In this document: positions 53,890-64,000 of the stretch, piece by piece | How positions within the stretch are numbered: the stretch's first letter is position 1 | How the letters are laid out: every line of letters starts with the position of its first letter | Origin: Mytilus californianus | Taxonomy: Eukaryota | Assembly: GCF_021869535.1 (NCBI RefSeq) | Contig: NW_026262730.1 | Coordinates: 558,001 to 622,000, forward strand | Direction: 5' to 3' | Length of the DNA stretch: 64,000 nucleotides | Notes under the pieces: generated by a model | The model's input: only the letters and a program-made list of their open reading frames with translations | Databases searched by the model: none | Told to the model about the DNA's origin: nothing | Translations under genes and position numbers: made by a program

Positions 53890-54162
53890 ATAATTGCTGC
53901 TTCTCCTGTAAGCACGCGGCATTAAGGAGTTAGAGCAAAGACTGGTTGGCTCGGAGTCAGAATAATGCGTCCTAGTAAGGTGAAATGTCTTCCTGTGGAC
54001 TGTTTAACTTGTGAACTAAAATGAACTAACAACTTCAATATCCAACTCAGCGTGTAGGTCTAGTACAAAGCAGGGTTAATATTCATATTACATTTAAATG
54101 TTCTCGTTCTGAATATACATATTAATTTGCCGCTGGACGTTAAATAGCCATCCATCATCATC
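53890..54162 (+). mobile_element. 5'-truncated SINE with Meta-domain-like core
   Basis: ttgctgcttctcc..aagcacgcggcattaaggagttagagcaaagactggttggctcgg, (CAT)n tail, 12-bp TSD atctgttgaaat (53878-53889, 54163-54174). Family name is from recall of mollusc SINE domains. Confidence 0.75.
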
Positions 54163-56402
54163 ATCTGTTGAAATCACCGGCCTAATGAGATTTAAGGTAC
54201 TAGTATTTATTTCTTTTTCATTTAAACTATGCAGCCGGACAGCAATTCCCTGATTTGTCCGTTAAAACCCCGGATTTATTATTCAAGAATCAAGTGGAGA
54301 TAATTTCCGAGTAAGCCGTCAACAGGTGTCGCTGCGCAGAAAATGAATACCCCGCGGAAGACGACCCGGTAGGAAATCGTGAAATTTTGTGAAATTTGAA
54401 GAAACCAAACGTATCATGAGCGGTATACATGATATCATAAGTTTTAAAAGTATTTGAAAAATATAAGAAGTCAAAGTAATGTGTCGTTGAATAAGAAATT
54501 CAAGTCATTAATTTTCAGTCTTCGGAACCGCCATTTTTAACTTCGACTGTCATTGACAAATTTTCAGCTCGGGACGAATTGACACAGGCCTGGTTTACCT
54601 AGTGAAAATAAATATGACTAGTTAATTTGTATTAACTGGAACATGGAGAACAGAACTGAAATGGTCACATGACGTTATCATTCGTTGTTTACATTCGAGC
54701 ACAATTTTAGTATACATCACAATTTGGTAAGGCCGCGCAGGGAATTCCTATTATTTGTACTTAAAACTTCTCTGCTCTTGACCAAAACAGATCAGACATA
54801 TGACAAACTTGTCACTGAAGAAAAGACAGTCAACATGTCATTGAAATGAATAAATTCATGCCTCAATGATGTCTTTCAGTGCACAAAATTACAAAAAATG
54901 AACAAAAGTTGTTCTACCTTATTAAAAATCACACAGATATTTTAGCATGTTAGGGTTTGTCCTGAATGACATGATTCCAGTGTAAACATCCTAAGACCTG
55001 ATATATCATGGATAAAAGACAGAGGAAAAACAGTTTGAACAGAGACAGATCCTTATTCTGTAGCTTACAGATGTAATTTCAAAAGAATGAAGATGATATC
55101 AAATCATAATATAATATTGTTTGTGCTCATTCCATATTCATCTTCATGCAGTCATTCATTAGTTGTTCCATAGATGGTTGTTCAACTTCAATCTGCATCC
55201 AGTTTACCTAAATTAATCTCTATGAATTTTAGTCTCATTCTATTTTTACAATTGTTTAGCTGCATGTACCTGCATTTGATGAGGATTTATTTATTAGGTC
55301 AACATGGTATTTTTTTTTAAATCTTCATAATTACACATATTTTCAAGAGTATAATCAGAGTATAAACCAGAGATGGTTTTATATGTCTCTGACGGTTCAA
55401 TTTAGACTTAAAAAAGCTTTTCATACTCATTATAAAATTATTTTTCACACCCAATGGCCTTGTTTTATGTTGTGATTTTTTTCAATTTGATTACATACAT
55501 TAATTTCCCCTTAAAGATTCAAAATTACATATAATTAGTGAAATGATATTTTCAGTTTTTGACATTGTATTGGCATTTTACTTTTATCATGTCGATAGCA
55601 TGTTTTGCAATATTTAGTTATTTGATATACATGATTGGGGATTGGGTTTTAAGTTGACAAATACTTAGTAGCTGTCACACCCAGAATACATCCTGATACT
55701 CGTGGCATTGACCATAACTGTTATTGCATATATATGTACACATGTTCTATAAAGTAACTTGACATTTCTGTTGTAGCCTGAAAGTGCATTTGTTTTATAT
55801 TTCTATACTCAGAAAACTAGGTATCTCATTTCCTTTATCATATTATTAAGTTTTAGCAAATCTACTGGTGGTTTCATTTAATAATAAAAGTTGGAAGTTT
55901 TTATTTATTCTTGAAAAATATGAAATTTACTTTATCTTGTTAAATACAGACATGACAACTCAAGGGGACTGTAAATGGTGGATGGGTATCCATGTCATAT
56001 ACCAAGCTCTATATCTCCTAAGCCTTATTAAGTTCTGAATGAAACAGAAACTACTACATTTTATAATTTATTTTTCTTTTTATAATATAACCCTTTTTCT
56101 GAAATGAGACAGCACACAACAAAACAAATGACAGGTTTGCAACCACTGTCAGGCCAAATGTCAAAATATAGTTAGAATGAAAAATCCACTGCAAAGAACA
56201 AAATTCTTCGAGAGAAAATGCAATTCTGACATTAATTTGTTCAGGAAAAGATTTTACTCTTTGCTCAGTCTCTAAATAAAGCCCTGATTATATTTTTATT
56301 ATTTGTTAATTTTTCTCAATATTTATTACCGTGTAATATTGCTACTTACATGCACATATAAATTACTTGTTTAGTGAAGCTTTTTGTCATAGAGTACTTT
56401 GA

Positions 56403-56450
56403 CTTTAGTCGAAAAAAAGACATAGCGATCCTACATTCCGTCGGCGTCGT

Positions 56451-56485
<35 letters not shown>

Positions 56486-57226
56486 ACAAATATTCACTCT
56501 GTGGTTAAAGTTTTTGAAATTTTAATAACTTTCTTAAACTATCCTGGATTTCTACCAAACTTGGACAGAAGCTTGTTTATGATCATAAGATAGTATCCAG
56601 AAGTAAATTTTGTAAAAATAAAATTCCATTTTTTCCGTATTTTACTTATAAATGGATTTAGTTTTTCTGCCGGGAAATACTACATTCACTCTGTGGTTAA
56701 AGTTTTTAAAATTTTAATAACTTTCTTAAACTATCCTGGGTTTGTACCAAACTTGGACAGAGGCTTGTTTATGATCATAAGATAGTATCTAGAAGGAAAT
56801 TTTGTAAAAAAATAAATCCATTTTTTCCTTATTTTACTTTTAAATGGACTTAGATTTTCTGCCAGGAAACAACACATTCACTCTGTGGTTAAAGTTTTTA
56901 AAATTTTAATAACTTTCTTATACTATCTTGGATTTGTACCAAACTTGGACAGAAGCTTGTTTATGATCAAAAGCTAGTATCTAGAAAGAAATTTTGTTTT
57001 CTTACAGTTAACATTACATTCAGTCTGCAGTTAAAGTTTTTAAACATTTATTAGATTCATAAACTATCCTGGATTTTTACCAAACTTGGACAGAAGCTTC
57101 TTCACATCAAAAAGATAATATCAAGAGGAATATTTTTATTGATTTACTTCCTCATTTTTGTTGAGCCTGCGATTAACAGAAAAAGTAGGCGAGACACTGG
57201 GTTCCGCGGAACCCTTACAAATTTTT
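56403..57226 (+). mobile_element. Helentron-associated non-autonomous element (pearl/DTC84-like) nested in copy 1
   Basis: (GTC)n(GGC)n microsatellite, 192-bp core repeats (56492, 56684, 56876; shortened third unit; fourth at 57018), 3' hairpin gggttccgcggaaccc (57199-57214), T-run. Absent from copy 2. Confidence 0.85.
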
Positions 57227-57334
57227 CATAAAGTACCTTGATATTTCCATTTTTAATAAACATTGTCATGGGTATCATATGTCAGTGACCAGGAGGTGTT
57301 ACATTTCAGTGTTCATCAAAGCTTGGGGTCAGTA

Positions 57335-57638
57335 TTTTTATGCCCCACCTAGGGGCATTATGTTTTTCGGTCTGTGCGTCCGTTCGTTTGTCCGGTCGTC
57401 CGTCTGTCCCGCTTCAGGTTAACGTTTTTGGTTAAGTCAGGTTAAAGTTTTTGGTCAAGGTAGTTTTTGCTGAAGTTGAAGTCCAATCAATTTGAAACTT
57501 AGTACACATGTTCCCTATGATATGATCTTTCTAATTTTAATGCCAAATTAGAGTTTTTGCCCCAATTTCACGGTCAACTGAACATAGAAAATGATAGTCC
57601 GAGTGGGGCATCCGTGTACTATGGACACATTCTTGTTT
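57335..57638 (+). mobile_element. Second, short Helentron-associated element nested in copy 1
   Basis: Subterminal inverted atgcccc / ggggcat, (GTCC)-like microsatellite, 3' hairpin gtgtactatggacac. Inserted in a T-run without TSD; the empty site is at ~62097-62107 in copy 2. Confidence 0.85.
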
Positions 57639-59274
57639 CAAATAATTAACTGGTCCAAAACCCCTCATTTTATGTGAATATTTGTTAACCACATCGGATA
57701 CTTTTTTTGTTCTTCTGAAGCTAATTGTGTGTAGTATTCTAGTTAAGAAAACAATGTATTTTTTTTTAAACTGAATGCAATAATATTGGCAATTTCCCTA
57801 GCAATATCCCTGATTTCTAGATGATTATAAGAATTTTTTTGTGAAATATTTCAATTAAATAGTGATTTACCAAAGCAGACATACATTCTGTAATACTTTC
57901 TCTTACTGTTTTGGGTCCTGATACCTGACAGGTGCCCTCATTCTAATGATTAATTATAATTTCCAAAATATTTTTCATATTTACACATTTTGCCATCGCA
58001 TACGAATAAATTATTAGATATTATACCCTAGAAACACTGTTTCCCTAACTAAAATTGAGCGAAATGCTTATTTTCTCTCGTTTCTGATCAGCCGTCCCTT
58101 CAACGACTTTTCATTCGAGTTATCTCCTTTTGGCCGGTCGCCAATTTTGGACCTGTTGAATTGACACACGGCCGGTTTACCTGGCGAGTTTTGGTAACAA
58201 TAGGCATTTCATGTTCATAATATCAGGAGGTATCATCCCTCTTAAGGACAATACGTTACCATTCCGTGTGTCATTTCAATTTACATTTATTTACTGAGAG
58301 GTGTCACGGCCGCAGCACGTTTTTCATCTTTCCCAATCAAATAACCAAGGAAATTGTACTTTTTCATTCTTAAAAGAATAACGTAGTTAAAGTTTGAAAC
58401 CTGCCGTATCAAATGATATATTTGGTTAAGCATGAAAAAATCATAAAATATCTTTACGCCGTCGATTTCGTGGCGTCATTGCCGCTAAAAAATGTCATTT
58501 TGTGAACTGAAAATCACGTGACCAGAATTATAAAATCGACGCCATTATGAGATTTGATGTCCGGCTGATGTGCAGGTGATGTGTGATTTCAGTCTTGTCA
58601 CATATTGCTTGTCCTTTTATAGCTGGTCTTCATTTTGTAAACTTTTGTATGGTCTCTAGTAATGAACGAATCACATATTCTATCACGACTAGCAACGATT
58701 TAACAAACGCTCTAAATAAGAAATAGTCCGTCCAACTCAATTGATTGTCAAGATGGAAACACCTTTCATTATTTCTATAAAACCATACATGGACTTGTCT
58801 AAACAAATCAAATAACGAGAGCAAACTTTCGTGTTATGTGTGAAATAATGAAGAATTTTGGATACTTTTGCAAGATTTCGTCAATCTTAGCTTAATTTTC
58901 GTTTCAGGATTATTTTAGACGTTATATAAAGTGCTTACATGGAATAGTCTATTATTTTAGGTCCTTTTTTTGTCATATAGCCTTTTACATGTTTTAACTG
59001 TACTGTTCTTACAGATCCTTGTCTTCCAGATATTAAGTGTTGTTAACATCACTGGGTCCATACCGCAGCTGGTGGAGTATCAGTCCTCGAGGGTATCATC
59101 AGCTCAGTAGTCATTACTTTGTTACTCAGTCTGACATAATTTGTAACTGAGCTTTCGTTAATTGTTCGTTTATAAATTTATGAATTATTAGGAAACTAAG
59201 GTTTGAACTCCCTCAGGCAAAGGTGATATTATATGGATTTGGCTACTATTTTAAGTCCTTTTTGGTCATATAAC

Positions 59275-62200
59275 CAGCCGAACAGCAAATCCCTGATTTG
59301 TCCGTTAAAACCCCGGATTTAGTATTCGGGAATCAAGTGGAGATCATTTCTGAGAAAGCCGTCAACAGGTGTCGCTGCGCCGAAAAAAAAAAAATCCCCG
59401 CGGAAAAAGACCCGATAGGAAATCGTGAATTTTGTGTAATTTGAAGAAACCATACATGATATCATAAGCTTTGAAAGTATTTGAAAAATATAAGAAGTCA
59501 AACAAACGTATCGTTGAAAAAGAAATTCAAGTCATTAATCATTTTTAATTTTCAGTCTTCGATACCGCTGTTTTTCAACTTCGACTGTCATTGACAAATT
59601 TTCAGCTCGGGACGAATTGACACATGCCTGTTTCACCTAGGGATAATTTTGATAAACTGGAACATGGAGAACAGAACTGGAATGGTCACATGACGTTACC
59701 ATTCGTTTTTTACATACGAGCACAATTTTAGTGCACATCCCAATTTGGTAAGCCATACAGGGAGTCCCCTATTATTTTTTTCTTGAAACTTCTCTGCTCT
59801 TGACCAAAACAGCTCAGAAATATGATAAACTTGCCACTAAAGAAAAGACAGTCAACATGTCATTAAAATTAACAAAGTCTGTTATTTTTTTTGTGATTTA
59901 TTTCACTTTTTCATGCCTCAATGATGTCTTTCTAGTACACAATTTGTCACAAAATTACAAAAAATGAACAAAAGTTGTTCTACATTCTTATAATTCACAC
60001 AGATATTCTGAATTCTGCACATTATGCATGTAAGAAAATGTACATAAACCTCCCAATAACATCCCTAAAGCAGTGCATAATTTTTTGGGAAGTCCAGGTG
60101 TAAATTATTGTTTTTGTCCTGAATGACATGACTTCAGTGTAAACATCCTAAGATCTGATATATCGTAGATAAAAGACCGAGGAAAAACAGTTTGAACAGA
60201 GTCAGATCCTTATTTTGTAGCTTACAGATGTAATTTCAAAAGTATGGAGATGATATCACATCATAATATAATATTGTTTGTGCTCATTCCATATTCATCT
60301 TCTATCAGTCATTCATTACTTGTTCCATAGATGGTTGCTCAATCTGCATCCAGTTTACCTAAATTAATCCCTATTTATGAATTTTAGTGCATTCTATTTT
60401 TACAATTGTTAAGCTGCATGTACATTGTACATGTACCTGCATTTGTCTTTGATGAGGATTTATATAAAAGGTCGACATGGTATTTTTTTTAACTCTTCAT
60501 TATTACACATTTTTCAGTATATGCTACCAGAGATGGTTTTATATGTCTCTGATGGTACAAATTAGACTTAAAAAAGCTTTTCATACTCATTATATAATTA
60601 TTTATCACACCCCATGGCTCTGTTTTATGTTGTGATTGTTTTTTTCAATTTGAGTAAATACAATACTATCCCCTTATAATTAAATTACATATAATTAGTT
60701 AAAAAGCTATTTTCAGTTTTTTACAGTATATTGCCATTATTGGCATTTTAATTTTATCATGTGTGTATAGCATGTTTTGCAATATTTAGTTATTTGATAT
60801 ACATGATTGGGGATGGGGTTTTTAGTTTACAAATACTTAGTAGATGTCACACCCAGAATATATCCTGATACTCTTGGCATTGACCATAACTGTTATTGCA
60901 TATATATGTACACATGTTATATAAAGTAACTTGACATTTCTGTAAGAGACTAAAAAAGCATTTTTTTTTATATTTCTATACTCAGAAAAACAAGGTGTCT
61001 CATTTCTTTTATCATATTATTAAGCTTTCATCAAATGAAGGACTGGTGGTTTCATGTAATGATAAGAGTTTGAAGTTGTTATTTATTCTTGAAAATATAA
61101 AATTTACTTTATCTTCTTAAATACAGACATGACAACTAAAGGGGACTGTATGGGTATCCATGTTCTATGCCAAGTCCTATCAAGTTCTGAATGATTTAAA
61201 AAAAAACAGCAAATTCAAACTACTACATTTCTTAAATGTTTTTTTACAATATAACCCCTTTTCTGAAATGAGACAGGACACAACAAAACACATGACAGGT
61301 TTGCAACCACTGTCAGACCAAATGTCAAAATATAGTTTGAATGAAAAACCACTGCAGAGAACAAAGTTCTTCAAAGATTAAATGCAATTCTGACATTATT
61401 TGTTCAGGAAAAGATTTTACTTTTTTGCTCAGTCTCTAAATACTAAATGAAATAAAGCCCTGGATATATTTTTATTATTTATTAATTTTTCTCAATTTTT
61501 ATTACCTTGTAATATTGCTACTTACATACACATATAAATTACTTGTTTGGTAAAGCCTTTTTATAGAGTACTTTGATAATTCAATTTTAAATAAACATTG
61601 TCATGGGTATGATATCCTATGCCAGTGACCAGAAGTCGCTTCATTTCAGTATTAATCATTAGACCTCACATATATAATTACTTAACTATTGCATATATAA
61701 ACATATTTAGAATGAAAATAAACATTAAGTTCACAGATATAACTGACATTGGGTCTTAACAGAAATTCTCTAAAAATATTACTCTATATATTAAGAATAG
61801 ACTATATAAAACAAAAATGTACATTTCATACCCATAATCTTTATAAAATATATTTTCATGTAGATCTACTAAGAAACAAATCTGTTTCTGAATCACTGAA
61901 TGCTTAATCAAAATGAAGTAGTTATGTGTATTCAAGAATAGTAATTGATTCTTGTAAGAAGATGTACATTTGTATGCCTTGAAACAATTATTTCCATCAA
62001 AGTATGATAAAATAGAGTTAAACATGCAATCAGGGAATATGCTGAAACACCCCCCCCCCTTTAATGATGGAATTGTTTCACCAAAGCTTGGGGTAAGTAT
62101 TTTTTCTAATAATTTACTGATCCAAAACCCCTCACTTTATGTAAATATTTTTTATCACATAGGATACTTGTTTGTATTTCTTCTGAAGCTAATTGTGTGT

Positions 62201-63024
62201 AGTATTCTAGTTCAAAAACAATGTTTGTGTTTTTAAACTGAATGTAATAATATTGGCAATTTCCCTGATTTCTAGATGATAATAAGACATTTTTTTGGAA
62301 TATTTCAATTAAATAGTGATTTACCAAAGCAGACATACATTCTGTAATATTTTCTCTTACTGTTTGGGTCCTGATACCTGACAGGTACCCTCATTCCAAT
62401 GATAATTAAAATTTCCAAGATCTTTTTCATATTTCCACGTTTTGCTATCGCATACTGATAAATTATTGGAAATTATACCCCGGAATCACACTTTCACTTA
62501 CTAAAATTGAGCGAAATGCTTATTTTCACTAGTTTCTGATCAGCCGTCCCTTCAACGACTATTCATTCAAGTTATCTCCCTTTGGCCGGTCGCCAGTTTT
62601 GGACCTGTTGAATTGACACACCGCCGGTTTACCTGGGGAGTTTTGGTAACAATAGGCATTTCATGTTCATAAATATCATGATGTATTATCCCTCTAAAGG
62701 AAAATACGTTACCATTACGTGTGTCATTTCAATTTACATTTATTTACTGAGAAGTCTCACGGCCGCGGCAAGTTTTTTTATCTTTCCCAATCAAAATATC
62801 AAGGAAATTCTATTTTTTCATTCTTAAAAGAATAACGTAGTTAAAGTTTGAAACTTGCCGTATCTAATGATATATTTGGTTTAGCATGATAAATACATAA
62901 AATAGTTTTACGCCGTCGATTTCGTGGCGTCATTGCCGTTGCTAAAAAATGCCATTTTTTGAACTGAAAATTACGTGACCAGAATAATTAAATCGACGCC
63001 ATTATGAGATTTGCTATCCGGCTG
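59275..63024. mobile_element. Non-autonomous TIR DNA transposon, copy 2 (Academ-like)
   Basis: Left cagccgaacagcaaatccc; the right end reverse-complements to cagccggatagcaaatctc. 4-bp TSD TAAC. Colinear with copy 1 at roughly 85-90% identity by eye. Confidence 0.82.
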
Positions 63025-63081
63025 TAACTCTTCAACTTTTTCATTCTTATACATCTTTGGATTTCAAATATTTTGCTTTCA

Positions 63082-63123
63082 GTGGTCATGATGAAGGTAA
63101 ATTCAGAAAAGCGCTTTGACCGC
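63082..63123 (+). ncRNA. Hammerhead motif, same family as 32057 (C3 changed to A)
   Basis: GTGGTC-ATGATGA-AGGTAAATTCA-GAAA-AGCGCTT-T-GACCGC. Stem I is fully paired and the AAGCGCTT palindrome is perfect. Confidence 0.6.
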
Positions 63124-64000
63124 ATGAAATGTATTAAGTGTTGTTTTCATTTTTTGCGAATATTGTTCGCACTGTTTGCTATTCATTACATTTCGTAAAT
63201 CATCTATGCATATTTCAAATCTAAATTAATTAAGATTCCATAGATAAGTTCATACCCAGTTTTCTGTGTTGGTATGATGACGTTTTTTTTCCTTTCAAAA
63301 ATGTTTGTTTGGCATGGTGCAGAGCTCCAGATAAGCTGCGTATTTGCGTGATCACGCAATACAAATAATTTAAAAAACCCAATGCAATTGCCCATTGCAG
63401 GGTTCAATAACCCAATTAATTCAAAGGAAAACCCAATTATATGCCAAAACCATGAGTTCTTAACGCTTTTATTCGCTATCGTTTGCGTTATTTACCCTTA
63501 TCTGATTACAGTCGTCGCGTAAATCTATTTTTATAATATTTATAATTGGAAATGTCCTTTCGTTCTTAAAATAGAGCCCTGCATCAAGTAGCTGTAATGG
63601 GTCCCAGTTCGAATTTTCCGTTGCTCAAAAGGTACACGTGTTTATGAAAACATTTCGATCTTCTCGGCGTTTATCCAATTAGCGTGTGACATGCTGTCAT
63701 ATTTTTTCGAATTGCTCGAGATTTATCATAACACACAATGAATTAAAACGAAAGTAAATGTCCGATACAAATATTGAATAGAAGCATGTTTTCGGCTTCT
63801 TTTTGATAGCTGAGGGAAAGTTATGATGATAACAAGACTCAGCTAGTGTTTTTATGAAGCGTACATTGAACGCACGGGCGTGTTTGCGTACCTTAATGAG
63901 AACATTGCTATAGAACGATAAACACGGGGTTTCGCCAAAAACGAAATCAGTTGGAAAAAGTGAAAGGCCAAATCAATTATGACATGATATGTAGTTGGAA

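Larger units (their letters stand above)
54232..58567. mobile_element. Non-autonomous TIR DNA transposon, copy 1 (Academ-like)
   Basis: Left cagccggacagcaattccc; the right end reverse-complements to cagccggacatcaaatctc. 3-bp TSD ATG. No transposase ORF. Confidence 0.8.

Noticed and set aside
54232-63024. Simple segmental tandem duplication
   Set aside because: Homology stops exactly at the TIRs, and the TSDs and flanks differ, so these are separate insertions.

Overview
AT-rich animal DNA. The repeat families resemble those of bivalve molluscs, probably Mytilus (inferred from repeat content, not from a search). The left half holds one multi-exon gene on the minus strand (484..31068), which the ORF track shows only in fragments. 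Six GT-AG exons, all joined in phase 1, give a 479-codon frame: signal peptide, V-type Ig, C2-type Ig with a ~80-aa Ser/Thr insert, C2-type Ig, Ser/Thr stalk and a GPI-signal-like tail. The frame has three in-frame stops (TAA, TAG, TGA) and no frameshift, so it looks like a young pseudogene or null allele. Its introns contain two ~99%-identical head-to-tail duplications (2.7 and 3.0 kb). One copy of the 3.0-kb unit carries an internally deleted Gypsy LTR element, and the other copy preserves the empty site. Intron 1 holds a triplicated transposon end. The right half is a patchwork of transposons: a degenerate CR1/L2-group LINE, Penelope-like RT relics, SINEs, MITEs, and two related 3.7-4.3 kb TIR elements (Academ-like) with nested Helentron-type inserts. 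Scattered Penelope-type repeats carry minimal hammerhead ribozyme motifs, including a non-canonical variant with stem-I covariation between copies. I found no intact host protein-coding gene, rRNA, genuine tRNA or CRISPR array, and no clearly new multi-gene system. The strongest leads are the hammerhead variant, the pseudogenised Ig protein and the aberrant LTR insertion.
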